This document shows positions 44,229 to 55,916 of a DNA stretch of 64,000 nt, piece by piece; the stretch's first letter is position 1, and the number at the start of each line of letters is the position of its first letter. The notes under the pieces were generated by a model. It saw nothing but the letters and a program-made list of their open reading frames with translations. It did no database searches and was not told the DNA's origin. Source of the DNA: an uncultured bacterium (GTDB lineage: Bacteria; Krumholzibacteriota; Krumholzibacteriia; WVZY01; JAKEHA01); contig CAZPQK010000006.1 of NCBI GenBank assembly GCA_964588695.1, forward strand, positions 196,239-260,238. The letters are read 5' to 3'. A program made the translations under genes and the position numbers.

Positions 44229-46586
44229 ATGAGCCAGCCAAGCCAGGGAGGATGGGTGGTCGGCTACACGCGGTGGCTGATCAAGTGGAAGTATCTGGTG
44301 ATACCCCTCTGCTTGATCGTCGCATTGGCCGCGGGTAGTGGCGCCCGATTTTTAGCCTTTGACACCGACTATCGTGCGTTCTTTAGCGAAGAGAACCCGC
44401 AGTTGTTGGCGTTTGAAGCGCTTCAGAACATTTACACCAAGAACGACAACGTTATGTTCATGGTGGAGACCAAGGATGGGAAGATCTTCACCAAAGAGCA
44501 TCTTGCCGCCATCGAAGAGTTAACCGAAGAAGCGTGGCAGGTGCCGTTCACCATTCGCGTCGACGCTATTACCAACTTCCAGAACACAACCGCCAGCGAA
44601 GACGATCTGCTGGTTGAGGATTTGGTGGAAGACGCGATGAACCTGAGTGCCGCGCAAATCGAAAACGCCAAGCAAGTCGCGCTGGCCGAGCCGGTGATCG
44701 TGAACCGGTTGTTGTCCAATCGCGCGCATGTTGCCGGCGTTAACGCCACGTTGCAACTTCCCGGCGATGATATTAATGAAGTCCCAGAGGCAGTTGCGTA
44801 CGCGCGCGACCTCGAAAAGCGAATCGAAGCGAAGTATCCCGACATAAATGTGCGGCTTAGCGGCGTGGTTATGCTCAATAACGCATTTTCCGAAGCCGGT
44901 ATGAAGGACATGTCCACACTGAACCCGATCATGTATGCGGGTATGTTCCTGGTGATGCTGATTCTGCTTCGGTCGTTGATGGGGTCGATTGCTACTATGA
45001 TCGTGGTCGCGTTTTCGACAGTAACGGCGATGGGTCTTGCCGGATACTACGGCATCAAGCTGACACCTCCGTCGGTAACGGCGCCTACTATGATCATGAC
45101 CCTTGCGATTGCCGACAGTATCCACGTGCTGGTGACGATGTTAACCGAGATGCGCGGCGGTCGAACCAAGTACGACGCGATCGTCGAGTCGATGCGCATC
45201 AATATGACGCCGGTGTTCCTGACCAGTGTCACCACCGCGATTGGTTTTCTTAGTCTTAACTTTTCCGATGCTCCGCCGTTTCGCGACCTGGGAAACATCA
45301 CTGCCACCGGTGTGATGGCGGCGTTTGTTTTTTCTGTCGTCCTGTTGCCCGCGCTGGTCGCCGCATTGCCGGTTCGTGCCAAGGCTCTCGCTGGCCGGGG
45401 CGCCAGCCCGATCGAACGCTTCGCCGAATTTGTGATCAGCAAGCGCAAGCCTCTGCTTTGGGCTTCGGTGGTGACGGTAGTCGCGTTGGCTGCGTTTATT
45501 CCCTCGAACGAGCTTAACGACCAGTTTGTCGAATACTTTGACGAGCGAATCGAGTTTCGTCGGGACAGCGACTTTATGGCGGAGAACCTGACCGGAATTT
45601 ACCAGGTGGAGTACTCGATCACTGCCGACGGAGAAAATGGAATCAGTGATCCCGGGTATCTGGCAAAGTTGGAAGAGTTCAGCAATTGGTTTCGTCAGCA
45701 AGACGGTGTTTTACACGTAGCCACGTTCACCGACGTCATGAAGCGGTTGAACAAGACGTTGCACGGCGACGACCCCTCGTGGTATCGCGTGCCTGACAAT
45801 CGCGAGTTAGCAGCGCAGTACCTGCTGCTTTACGAACTGTCGTTGCCGTTTGGGTTGGACCTTAACAACCAGATCAACATCGACAAGTCAGCCACTAGAT
45901 TTTCGGCCACCCTGGCCAACGTGTCGTCCAACGAAATTCGTGCGATTGGCGATGCTGGGCAGGCGTGGCTCCGGACCAACGCGCCTGCGCACATGGACGC
46001 GGTTCCCGCTGGGCCCGCGTACATGTTTTCGCACATTTCTAAGCGAAACATCATTAGCATGGTGTCCGGAACCACCGCGGCGCTAATCTTGATTTCGTTG
46101 CTGCTGATATTTGCGCTACGGAGTTTCAAGTACGGCGCGATCAGTTTGATTCCCAACCTGGTCCCGGCCGTGCTGGCGTTTGGCTTGTGGGGACTTCTGG
46201 TTGGGAAGGTCGGCGTCGGTTTGTCGGTGGTAACGGGTATGACGCTTGGGATTGTTGTCGACGATTCGATTCACTTCTTAAGCAAGTATATCCGCGCGCG
46301 CCGGGAAAAGGGACTAAGCGCTCCCGACGCGGTTCGTTACGCCTTTCGCACCGTAGGTGTGGCGTTGACGGTGACGACGATTATTCTGGTCGCGGGCTTC
46401 CTGGTACTGTCGCAGTCTTCGTTCGAAATGAATTCCGGTATGGGTCGCCTGACCGCCATCGCCATCTTTCTGGCGCTGGTCGCCGACTTCGTTCTTTTAC
46501 CGCCGGTGCTGATTGCCATCGACGGACGCAAATCCAAAACTTCGACTCAGGAGGTAAGTAATGAAGCAGCAGTCGGTACAGCATAG
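44229..46586 (+). CDS. RND-superfamily exporter, MMPL/HpnN-like (12 TM, two periplasmic loops)
   Basis: 785 aa. Two 6-TM bundles each preceded by a large periplasmic domain. SSD-like segments (PIMYAGMFLVMLILLRSLMGS...). Confidence 0.75.
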   Translation: MSQPSQGGWVVGYTRWLIKWKYLVIPLCLIVALAAGSGARFLAFDTDYRAFFSEENPQLLAFEALQNIYTKNDNVMFMVETKDGKIFTKEHLAAIEELTEEAWQVPFTIRVDAITNFQNTTASEDDLLVEDLVEDAMNLSAAQIENAKQVALAEPVIVNRLLSNRAHVAGVNATLQLPGDDINEVPEAVAYARDLEKRIEAKYPDINVRLSGVVMLNNAFSEAGMKDMSTLNPIMYAGMFLVMLILLRSLMGSIATMIVVAFSTVTAMGLAGYYGIKLTPPSVTAPTMIMTLAIADSIHVLVTMLTEMRGGRTKYDAIVESMRINMTPVFLTSVTTAIGFLSLNFSDAPPFRDLGNITATGVMAAFVFSVVLLPALVAALPVRAKALAGRGASPIERFAEFVISKRKPLLWASVVTVVALAAFIPSNELNDQFVEYFDERIEFRRDSDFMAENLTGIYQVEYSITADGENGISDPGYLAKLEEFSNWFRQQDGVLHVATFTDVMKRLNKTLHGDDPSWYRVPDNRELAAQYLLLYELSLPFGLDLNNQINIDKSATRFSATLANVSSNEIRAIGDAGQAWLRTNAPAHMDAVPAGPAYMFSHISKRNIISMVSGTTAALILISLLLIFALRSFKYGAISLIPNLVPAVLAFGLWGLLVGKVGVGLSVVTGMTLGIVVDDSIHFLSKYIRARREKGLSAPDAVRYAFRTVGVALTVTTIILVAGFLVLSQSSFEMNSGMGRLTAIAIFLALVADFVLLPPVLIAIDGRKSKTSTQEVSNEAAVGTA

Positions 46587-47412
46587 TCGCCCGCGAGCGC
46601 TTGCCATTGCCCGCGACGGCGACGTCTGGCGCGCGGTAGCAGTGTTGATGGTGTTTGTGTTGATGATCTTTGCCGCCCGCGCGATCGGACAGACGCCGGA
46701 GGAACGCGGGTTGGAAATCGCCAAACTGGTTGACGCCGCCGACGAAGGCTTTGGCGACAACTCGTCGGAGATGGTGATGATTCTGCGCAACCGTCACGGC
46801 CAGGAAGACACCCGCAAAATCCGCAACCGCACGCTGGAGGTTAAAGGCGACGGCGACAAGACAATGGTGATTTTCGACACTCCGCACGACGTAAAGGGGA
46901 CGGCGTTCCTTAGTTTTACGCACAAGGAAGGCGACGACGACCAGTGGTTGTACTTGCCGGCCTTAAAGCGGGTTAAGCGGATCTCGTCTTCCAACAAGTC
47001 GGGCCCGTTTATGGGCAGCGAGTTTGCCTACGAAGACATCGCGTCGCAAGAGATCGAAAAGTACACCTATAAGTACATTCGTGACGAAGAAGTAGGTGGA
47101 GAACCGTGTCACGTTGTCGAGCGTTACCCGGTAGATAAGAAGTCCGGGTACACCAAAATCGTTTCGTGGATTCACGCCAATCATTATCGCTTGGAAAAGG
47201 CGGAGTTTTACGACAAACGCGGTGCTCATCTCAAAACTCTGGAAACGAAGGGGTACCAGCAGTACAAGGACAAGTTCTGGCGCGCCGACGAGTTCCATAT
47301 GACCAACCATATCACGGGTAAGAGCACGTCGCTCGTGTGGGAAAACTATGAGTTTCAAACCGGGCTAACCGATCGTGACTTCGACAAAAACAGTCTCGCG
47401 CGAGCCCGCTAG
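46561..47412 (+). CDS. LolA-like outer-membrane lipoprotein-sorting/carrier protein, accessory to the MMPL exporter
   Basis: Signal peptide. About 280 aa. The family commonly follows MMPL/RND exporter genes. Overlaps the mmpL stop (coupled). Confidence 0.55.
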   Translation: MKQQSVQHSRPRALAIARDGDVWRAVAVLMVFVLMIFAARAIGQTPEERGLEIAKLVDAADEGFGDNSSEMVMILRNRHGQEDTRKIRNRTLEVKGDGDKTMVIFDTPHDVKGTAFLSFTHKEGDDDQWLYLPALKRVKRISSSNKSGPFMGSEFAYEDIASQEIEKYTYKYIRDEEVGGEPCHVVERYPVDKKSGYTKIVSWIHANHYRLEKAEFYDKRGAHLKTLETKGYQQYKDKFWRADEFHMTNHITGKSTSLVWENYEFQTGLTDRDFDKNSLARAR

Positions 47413-47423
47413 AAAGGATTGAT

Positions 47424-48668
47424 GTGCTGACTCGGCTGACTATGTTGGTGATGGCGGTGGTCGCGATCGTCGCCACCCCGGTTTCTGCAGATGTGTACCA
47501 GGAACTGCGAGGATCGTTTCTTGTTGAGACCCGCTACTTTGTCGACGACCCAATCGATCCGTCCCAGCAGTTTACCGGCGGGACGGCGTCGATTGCGTTT
47601 GCGCCCGAGTGGTTTGTGGAGTGGGATGACGGTAATCAGCGAATCGTGGCGTCTTTGTTTGGTCGCTACGACGGAGACGATCCTCAACGAACGCATGCGG
47701 ACATCCGCGAGTTGTACTATGAGCGAGTGTCGCGCGTGGTCGAGTTTCGTGCCGGGCTTCGCAAAGTGTTCTGGGGTGTAGCCGAAACCCAACACCTGGC
47801 TGACTTTCTGAACCAGACCGATCTGGTGGAGAGCTTTGACGGAGAAGACAAGCTTGGGCAACCCATGGTGGATGTGTCGCTGGTTTCCGACTTTGGTGTG
47901 CTGAAGCTATTCGCCATGCCGTACTTTCGTGAGCGTACGTTTCCCGGACGTCGCGGCCGGCTACGCCCACCACTCCGGGTCGATACCGACAACCCAATCT
48001 ATGAGTCTTCGGACGAGGAAACTCACTTTGATTGGGCTGCTCGATACTCGCATTATTTTAGTATCTTCGACATTGGTGTTGCTCACTTTTCGGGAACGTC
48101 GCGCGATCCTGGCTTCGTTCCAATCGCTGGCGGAGAGGTCCTGCCCGAACCAGGCCCGTTGATTGACGTGGCTGCTCCGGAAGCGTTGCGTCCGTACTAC
48201 CCACTGATCGACCGAACATCGATCGACGTTCAAGCCACAACCGGGTCGGCACTGTGGAAGCTGGAAGTTGTCAGCGCGGAGGTCCAGGACCAGCGTTACA
48301 CGGCGGCGGTGGGCGGACTCGAGTATACGTTCTTTACCATTCTTGGATCGGGCGCGGATCTCGGTGTCCTGGTTGAATACCACGCGGATGATCGCGATGA
48401 CTTTCGCGCCGTGGGCTTTCAGAACGATGTTTTTGTAGGCGCACGCCTGGCGCTAAACGATTCGCAGGACACCGCGTTGCTCGGCGGCGTTATCGAAGAC
48501 CTCGACGTGTCTAGCCGGCTGAGTTTTGTCGAAGCCAGTCGCCGGATTAACAACAACCTAAAAGCCGAACTCGAGTATCGCGGATTCCACGACATTGACC
48601 AACGTGACGCATTGGCCGGGTTTGCGCAAGATAGCTACGTGCAGTTTGGGTTGGGTTTTTATTTTTAA
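47424..48668 (+). CDS. Outer-membrane beta-barrel protein (DUF1302-like) of the MMPL export module
   Basis: Signal peptide MLTRLTMLVMAVVAIVATPVSA. Amphipathic beta-strand periodicity. C-terminal GLGFYF. Confidence 0.6.
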   Translation: MLTRLTMLVMAVVAIVATPVSADVYQELRGSFLVETRYFVDDPIDPSQQFTGGTASIAFAPEWFVEWDDGNQRIVASLFGRYDGDDPQRTHADIRELYYERVSRVVEFRAGLRKVFWGVAETQHLADFLNQTDLVESFDGEDKLGQPMVDVSLVSDFGVLKLFAMPYFRERTFPGRRGRLRPPLRVDTDNPIYESSDEETHFDWAARYSHYFSIFDIGVAHFSGTSRDPGFVPIAGGEVLPEPGPLIDVAAPEALRPYYPLIDRTSIDVQATTGSALWKLEVVSAEVQDQRYTAAVGGLEYTFFTILGSGADLGVLVEYHADDRDDFRAVGFQNDVFVGARLALNDSQDTALLGGVIEDLDVSSRLSFVEASRRINNNLKAELEYRGFHDIDQRDALAGFAQDSYVQFGLGFYF

Positions 48669-48706
48669 CGAATGATCCACGGCAACCTCGAGAGGGGTTG
48701 CAAGCA

Positions 48707-48744
48707 GAGCGGAACGGGTTAGAGGGGCTCGTTCCGCTTTTTGC
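48707..48744 (+). terminator. Rho-independent terminator after the MMPL operon
   Basis: Stem AGCGGAACG...CGTTCCGCT followed by TTTTT. Confidence 0.6.
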
Positions 48745-49586
48745 TATTCGGGTGGTGTGGGCAGTTGCTTGACGTGCAAGTCGAGCTGCGGGTAGGCGAT
48801 GGTGACGCCCGCATCCTTCAGTGCAAACCAGACCGTTTCGTTGAGAACCGACTTGGTCACAAGTCCTCGGCGGGCTTCTTCTATCCAAATGAACACGTTC
48901 CAGTTCACCGACGAATCGGCAAATTCCTGCATCAGCACCAGCGGCTCCCGCGCGGGAAACGTAAGTTCTTTGCCAACCTTTTCCAGTACTTCGCGAACCA
49001 GCTTCATATCGGAATCGTAGGAAACGCCGACTGTGGTACCGACGCGAAGTTGCGTGTCGCGGAGTGTGTAGTTACGCACACTTGAGGTCACCAATGTAGA
49101 GTTGGGAATAATCACGTCGGTGTCGTTGGGTGCGCGGACAATTGTTGCGCGAATCCCCATGTTAGTGACACGAACGATTTCGCCGTTGTACTCCAGCAGA
49201 TCGCCAAGTTTGATGGAGCGCTCTCCAATCATAATGAGTCCGGCCACCAGATTTTGAACGATGTTTTGTGTCGCGAAGCCGACAGCTACGGCGACCAGCG
49301 CGCCAGCGGTGAATAGTCGCGAGATTGGAATTCCAAAAATATTGATGGCAATGAGCAATCCAACGGTGGTGCTCAGGTAGCGCACGACGCGCCCCAACAT
49401 GATCGCCGAGTTGTTCTGGCTGCCGTCACGGTGGCGCCAGGAACGAACAATAAATTTGCTCAACCAGATACCGCCCAGCCAGCCAGCCATAAGAGCGACA
49501 ATCGCCGAGCCCAGGCGGATGGGCGTGATATCCACACCGGAGATGGTCACCAAGGACTCCTGCAGCGTGCTAAGCAACTCCTGCAC
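48744..49586 (-). CDS. Mechanosensitive ion channel, MscS family
   Basis: Three TM helices, then the conserved MscS beta-domain (GDLLEYNGEIVRVTNMGIRATIVRAPNDTDVIIPNS). Confidence 0.8.
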   Translation of the reverse strand: MQELLSTLQESLVTISGVDITPIRLGSAIVALMAGWLGGIWLSKFIVRSWRHRDGSQNNSAIMLGRVVRYLSTTVGLLIAINIFGIPISRLFTAGALVAVAVGFATQNIVQNLVAGLIMIGERSIKLGDLLEYNGEIVRVTNMGIRATIVRAPNDTDVIIPNSTLVTSSVRNYTLRDTQLRVGTTVGVSYDSDMKLVREVLEKVGKELTFPAREPLVLMQEFADSSVNWNVFIWIEEARRGLVTKSVLNETVWFALKDAGVTIAYPQLDLHVKQLPTPPE

Positions 49587-50708
49587 TTACCACCAGCCCT
49601 TGCGCTTGAAGTAGCCCATCATGAATACGGTTAGCGCAATCATCACGGCCCACACCGCAGGGTAGCCATACTTCCAGCCTAGTTCTGGGAGGTTGAAAGG
49701 CGAGCCGGTGTCAAAGTTCATTCCGTAGAGTCCTACGATGAAAGATAACGGAATAAAGATTGTGCCGATGATGGTAAGCACTTTCATGGTTTCGTTCATG
49801 CGTTGGCTTGCATAAGACATGTGGAGTTCGACCAGGCTGGAGACAATGTCCCGGTACGACTCGACAAGTTCGTAGGTAGAGCGGACGTGATCGTAGACAT
49901 CGAGAAAATAGGGGCGCACGTCCCGCGAGACGAAATCGTTGTCGTCTTTTACCAGCAGCGCCAGTACGTCGCGTGTTGGATATAGGTAGCGGCGCAGCAC
50001 AACCAGGTCGCGTTTTAGCCAGTGCAGCTCCTGTAGCGTGTCGGCATCGGCGTCGGCCACACGATCTTCAATTTGGTCGATTCGATCGGTGTAGCGTTCC
50101 ACCATGGGCATGTAACCGTCGACGACCGTATCCATTAGCGCAAACGCAAGGTAGTCGACGCCCATTTGGCGAAGGCGCGAGCCTTCGACCTGCAGTCGCT
50201 TGCGGACAGGATCGAAAGTATCCCCAGGGTACTCCTGTATAGTGATCAGGAAGTCGGGTCCGACGAGAATGCTCAACTGCTCGGTAGCCAGCTCTTCGTG
50301 GGAGCGAGGCATGCGCATCACGATGTAGACAAAGCCGGAGTAAGCGTCAAGTTTGGGACGCTGCGGAATGTTTAGAATGTCTTCCAGCACCAGAGTGCTA
50401 ATGCCAAACTCCTGTCCCAACGCCTCAAAGACACCAGCGTCACCCAGGCCGGTGACGTCTAACCACAAATGACCGCGCTGTTCGCGAAGGGCTTTGACAC
50501 CGGAAAGGTCGGCGAGTGTCTGGGTTTCGACCTCTCCTTCGTGGTAAGTGGTGGCGGTGACCACCGGATGCGGGCTATCGGGATGCGCAACCAGGGTACC
50601 CGGAGCAGTTCCCGGCTTAAACCCTGGGCGTGTCAGGCGAACGCGGCGGCGAACAGGTTTTTTAAACATTGGCTTCGTGGTTGGTATGGCGACCAGGCAG
50701 CCAGCCAC
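49587..50708 (-). CDS. corA: Magnesium/cobalt transporter CorA
   Basis: C-terminal two TM helices with YGMNF signature and ELGWKYGYP. Confidence 0.85.
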   Translation of the reverse strand: MAGCLVAIPTTKPMFKKPVRRRVRLTRPGFKPGTAPGTLVAHPDSPHPVVTATTYHEGEVETQTLADLSGVKALREQRGHLWLDVTGLGDAGVFEALGQEFGISTLVLEDILNIPQRPKLDAYSGFVYIVMRMPRSHEELATEQLSILVGPDFLITIQEYPGDTFDPVRKRLQVEGSRLRQMGVDYLAFALMDTVVDGYMPMVERYTDRIDQIEDRVADADADTLQELHWLKRDLVVLRRYLYPTRDVLALLVKDDNDFVSRDVRPYFLDVYDHVRSTYELVESYRDIVSSLVELHMSYASQRMNETMKVLTIIGTIFIPLSFIVGLYGMNFDTGSPFNLPELGWKYGYPAVWAVMIALTVFMMGYFKRKGWW

Positions 50709-50739
50709 GGGTCACTTGTGTGACCCGTGGCAGCGCCAA

Positions 50740-51114
50740 CTACTTGGCTGGGATTTTAAGCTTTTGACCAACTTTGATGAGGTCAGGGTTGGTCAGGATA
50801 TCGTTGTTCAGCTCAAAAATTTCCATGTAGCGCATCGGGTCACCGTAGTGGAGCTTCGAAATTTTTGACAGCGAGTCACCCGAAACGACTTCGTAGACGC
50901 CATAGATTTCGGTGTTGGCGACATTGATGTCTGCTTCGATTTCGTTCTCCCAGCCCTGGTGGCCTTTGATTTTGTCCCACAGGCGGTCTTTGTCATACTG
51001 ATACTCGGCGGTGCCACCAATCTTCAGCTTGCCGCCCTCTTCGTTAACATAACCATCCTTAACACCAAGCTCTTCGCCCAGCGAAAGCACGTCGCGGTAC
51101 TTATCTTGAAGCAC
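50740..51114 (-). CDS. LysM-domain protein
   Basis: C-terminal LysM (YEVVSGDSLSKISKLHYGDPMRYMEIFELNNDILTNPDLIKVGQKLKIP). Gene GC is visibly lower than the surroundings. Confidence 0.7.
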   Translation of the reverse strand: MLQDKYRDVLSLGEELGVKDGYVNEEGGKLKIGGTAEYQYDKDRLWDKIKGHQGWENEIEADINVANTEIYGVYEVVSGDSLSKISKLHYGDPMRYMEIFELNNDILTNPDLIKVGQKLKIPAK

Positions 51115-51139
51115 GTGATTTCCTCCCTTGGTCGGGTAA

Positions 51140-52633
<1,494 letters not shown>

Positions 52634-52637
52634 CGCG

Positions 52638-53270
52638 CTACTTGCGGAGTTCGATGTAAAACAGGTCGCGCCCCTCTTGCTCATACTTGAGCTCGAAGTT
52701 CGTCTTGTATTCGGGGTCAAACAGGCGCTCGTTTTTGGCCTCGCGAATGTCCGACCACAGCGACTTTGTCTCCATGATGCTTTCCCGAAACATCGCGACG
52801 TAGTCGGCGTTGTCGCTGGCCAGCTCTACCAAACCGCCTGACTTGACCCGATCGTGCAATCGGGTAAAGAAATCGGCGGTCAGTAATCGCCGCTTATGGT
52901 GACGTTTCTTGTGCCAGGGATCAGGAAAGTAGATGTGGCAAACCGTTAACGATTCGGTCGCGACGTAGCTATTAATCACATCGTTGGCTTCGGCCTTAAA
53001 AAAGCGCAAGTTTCCCACGTCGCGCTTCTTTTGTTTTTCGTGCCCTTTCTTGAGATACTTCCACACATAGTCAAATCCCACGAAGTTGATGTCGGGATGA
53101 GCCTGTGCGCGATACAGCAGGAACTTTCCCTTGCCGGAGCCGATTTCAAGCTCGAGCGGCGCCGGGTGTTCGAACAGGTCTTCCAGGCGCGCCGCGCCGG
53201 TTTCCACCAGGTACGCGGGACCGGGTCGGCGACGCAGTGGCGACGTGCGAGTGTGGGTGGGCAAATGCAT
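52638..53270 (-). CDS. trmB: tRNA (guanine46-N7)-methyltransferase TrmB
   Basis: LELEIGSGKGKFLL SAM motif and YFPDPWHKKRHHKRRL conserved block. Confidence 0.85.
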   Translation of the reverse strand: MHLPTHTRTSPLRRRPGPAYLVETGAARLEDLFEHPAPLELEIGSGKGKFLLYRAQAHPDINFVGFDYVWKYLKKGHEKQKKRDVGNLRFFKAEANDVINSYVATESLTVCHIYFPDPWHKKRHHKRRLLTADFFTRLHDRVKSGGLVELASDNADYVAMFRESIMETKSLWSDIREAKNERLFDPEYKTNFELKYEQEGRDLFYIELRK

Positions 53271-53398
53271 CCAACCATTCTACCGTCCCCACGGCGCAAG
53301 TTCCAGTGCTATCCCATTGCTGTTAAGCCTGTTACACTAGCGACCAACGGGCTGTTACTCGGGCGCGTGCTCGCGTCCGCAGATGCCGAGGAGGAATC

Positions 53399-54283
53399 AT
53401 GGATAGGTTGATTGAGTTGATGAACGTCGAACTGATTGTCACCGAGATGGTGGCGTTCCTGCCGCGATTGGGGATAGGAATTGTCATCCTGTTTTTGTTT
53501 TATGCGCTGTTCCGACTCACCCGTGCGCCGCTAAAAGGGCTGCTAAACCGAATGAATTTGGACCCGGTGTTGACCACCTTGCTGGTGGATCGCATCTATC
53601 GCGCGGTGCTGGTGATCTTTGGGCTGGTGATGGCCGCTAGCCAGGTTGGTATTAACGTTACCGCCGCGCTTACCGGCCTGGGGGTCGCGGGTATCGCCAT
53701 TGGTTTTGCAGCGCAGGACATCCTGGCCAACATCATTGCGGGGTTTGTCATCTTCATGGACAAGCCGTTTAAGGTCGGTGACTTCATCACTGTCGACGAA
53801 CAGTACGGCGACGTGCGCGACATAACGCTGCGCTCCACCCGCATTCGAACCCGCCGCAATACCTACGTCGTGATTCCCAATAAGGTGATCATCGATGCGG
53901 TGCTGGAAAACCATTCCAAACACGGCCACACGCGAATCGATATCCCTGTCGGGATTGCGTATAAGGAAGACATCGCGCAAGCCCGTGAAGTATTGATGCA
54001 AGCTACCGAGTCAATCGACAAGGTGCTGAAGCGACCGGCTACGCAGATTGCCATGGTGGAGTTGGGCGATTCGAGCGTGAACTTGCAGGTTCGCGTTTGG
54101 ATCGAAAACGCCGCCGACGAGATGGACGTTACCGTACGCACGCTGGAAGCATGCAAGGTCGCGCTGGACAACGCAGATATTCAGATTCCGTTTCCGCATC
54201 TACAGTTGTTTATGGACGACATCGAAGACCGCGCGCTCGACAAGATGGCGAAGCTGCCGCGAATGGCACGCGAAGCGTCGTAG
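53399..54283 (+). CDS. Mechanosensitive ion channel, MscS family (second paralog)
   Basis: TM helices, then GDFITVDEQYGDVRDITLRSTRIRTRRNTYVVIPN MscS core. Confidence 0.8.
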   Translation: MDRLIELMNVELIVTEMVAFLPRLGIGIVILFLFYALFRLTRAPLKGLLNRMNLDPVLTTLLVDRIYRAVLVIFGLVMAASQVGINVTAALTGLGVAGIAIGFAAQDILANIIAGFVIFMDKPFKVGDFITVDEQYGDVRDITLRSTRIRTRRNTYVVIPNKVIIDAVLENHSKHGHTRIDIPVGIAYKEDIAQAREVLMQATESIDKVLKRPATQIAMVELGDSSVNLQVRVWIENAADEMDVTVRTLEACKVALDNADIQIPFPHLQLFMDDIEDRALDKMAKLPRMAREAS

Positions 54284-54298
54284 GATCTGTTGGCAAAA

Positions 54299-54324
54299 GT
54301 GCCGCGAGCCCGTGCTCGCGGCAC
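54299..54324. terminator. Bidirectional hairpin GTGCCGCGAGC-ccgt-GCTCGCGGCAC
   Basis: Perfect 11-bp stem. A-run upstream and T-run on the minus-strand reading. Sits between convergent mscS and the OMP gene. Confidence 0.6.
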
Positions 54325-54332
54325 CAGTTCTG

Positions 54333-54938
54333 CTATTGGAAAGCGTACCCGAACGTAACGGTAAATGTGGGAACTGTCGCGCCGTCGCGCTCGTCGCCAC
54401 CTGAAATGAAGAACGTTGGAACTTGCGCGCGGATGTCGGCGCGCTCGTTAAGCCGTTTGCCAATCCCAAAGTTAATGACCAGCCCGCCGACGGTCCCGTC
54501 TTCGGACTGCGAACTACCGCCATTGGCAAGCGGTGTTCCCAACGAGGTGTCGGTGTCGCTCTGCTCTTCCCACGAAACTGAAATGGCGCCAACGCCTACA
54601 CCAGTCACAAAGTACGGGCCGCCGCTCTCTTTGTTGTAACCGAAGAGGTAGTTGGCGATCGCGCCGACCACAAACACGTCTGTGGTTTCGGTATAAGTGT
54701 TAGCGCCGTTGTCGGACTCTTCTTCAAAAGAACCGCCGAACAGCATGATCCCCATCTCAAACGCGTTCACTCCCTGGAACTGGGTGTAATCGAGTTGCGC
54801 GCCGAACGCGATACCGCCGGTTATGTCGGTACCGATTCCGACCCGGCCTCCGACTCGACCGGTTTGCTCTTGGGCTACCGCAACATCGACGATCGAGACG
54901 GCTAGCACACACGCGGCGATTAGTCCGAATTTGTACAT
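54333..54938 (-). CDS. Small outer-membrane beta-barrel protein (OmpA-like/OmpW-like barrel)
   Basis: AGGAGG RBS. Signal peptide MYKFGLIAACVLAVSIVDVAVA. Gly-rich alternating strands with C-terminal ...FGYAFQ. Confidence 0.6.
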   Translation of the reverse strand: MYKFGLIAACVLAVSIVDVAVAQEQTGRVGGRVGIGTDITGGIAFGAQLDYTQFQGVNAFEMGIMLFGGSFEEESDNGANTYTETTDVFVVGAIANYLFGYNKESGGPYFVTGVGVGAISVSWEEQSDTDTSLGTPLANGGSSQSEDGTVGGLVINFGIGKRLNERADIRAQVPTFFISGGDERDGATVPTFTVTFGYAFQ

Positions 54939-54979
54939 TGTAGGTCTCCTCCTGGGTTGGCTGTTGTTACCAATACATA

Positions 54980-55786
54980 TCATCGGCGATAAAGTTGGGG
55001 TGCCTGGCGAAACAGGATCGCCCGGGTGTTGGCATCCGGGCTTAGCGGTCGGTTAAACGGCCGCGCTTCGTGGTTTGGCTGAAGCTGGTATGGGGCTAGC
55101 GCATCGCAGATGGCGATTGGGTCTACCCCCAACGCGGGGTGGACATCTAACAAAAGCGCGTTGATGCCGCGCGACAATGTCGCCATCGCGCCGTTGATAA
55201 CTTGCGCTTCCGCGCCTTCAACGTCGATTTTGATTACGTCGGCGCGTCCGTCGGTGTGCTCGGCAAGCAATGTGTCCATCGTTATAGTCTTTACGTTTAA
55301 CCGATCACCAGAACTACGCGCGTCGGTGGCCAGGCTGTGCCATCCACTCTTCTTGCCCAGGTGCAAGGTCGCAGTTCCGTCGCGGTCGCTGAGCGCGGCT
55401 TGTACCAGGCGAACGTTACGGCAGCCGTTGGATTCCAGACTTTGTTGAATCCACTTGCAGTTTTCCGGCTCGGGTTCGACCGCGATGACTTTGCCCTCTT
55501 TGCCCACCAGGCCAGATGCCAACAGCGAAAAGTCTCCCTTGTTGGCTCCCACGTCCACGAACACGTCGCCGGGATTAAGCAGGTGTTTCAGCGCGGCTTG
55601 CTTGCTGCGTTCGAATCGGCCAAACGCGCGCCACAACATCATTTCGGATTCGGTGACGTCCAGGTAGATGTGGCCGTAGGGGGCGTGGTAGCGGCGGTGG
55701 CCGCTCGGGTAGAGCTTTGACCACAGCGGGTAGGTCCACACCAGGGCGCGGAACCGGGCACCTTTTAATGTCTTGCGGGAGGCCAT
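54980..55786 (-). CDS. FkbM-family SAM-dependent methyltransferase
   Basis: VFVDVGANKGDFS motif. Confidence 0.7.
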   Translation of the reverse strand: MASRKTLKGARFRALVWTYPLWSKLYPSGHRRYHAPYGHIYLDVTESEMMLWRAFGRFERSKQAALKHLLNPGDVFVDVGANKGDFSLLASGLVGKEGKVIAVEPEPENCKWIQQSLESNGCRNVRLVQAALSDRDGTATLHLGKKSGWHSLATDARSSGDRLNVKTITMDTLLAEHTDGRADVIKIDVEGAEAQVINGAMATLSRGINALLLDVHPALGVDPIAICDALAPYQLQPNHEARPFNRPLSPDANTRAILFRQAPQLYRR

Positions 55787-55872
55787 GGCGGCAGGATAGC
55801 AGAAGCTACCGGCCAGCAGGGAATTTGTTAACCTATCAAAAGTGATGTAATATTTATAGCTGGCGGGTATTG

Positions 55873-55893
55873 GGCATCATAATTGATATGTTA
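55873..55893. promoter_or_regulatory. Direct repeat 1 GGCATCATAATTGATATGTTA in the AT-rich hipBA promoter region
   Basis: 19/21 identical to the second copy 44 bp downstream. Contains an internal ATCA-N4-TGAT dyad. Confidence 0.4.
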
Positions 55894-55916
55894 TCCGTTA
55901 TTTCTAGTTGTGTTAA

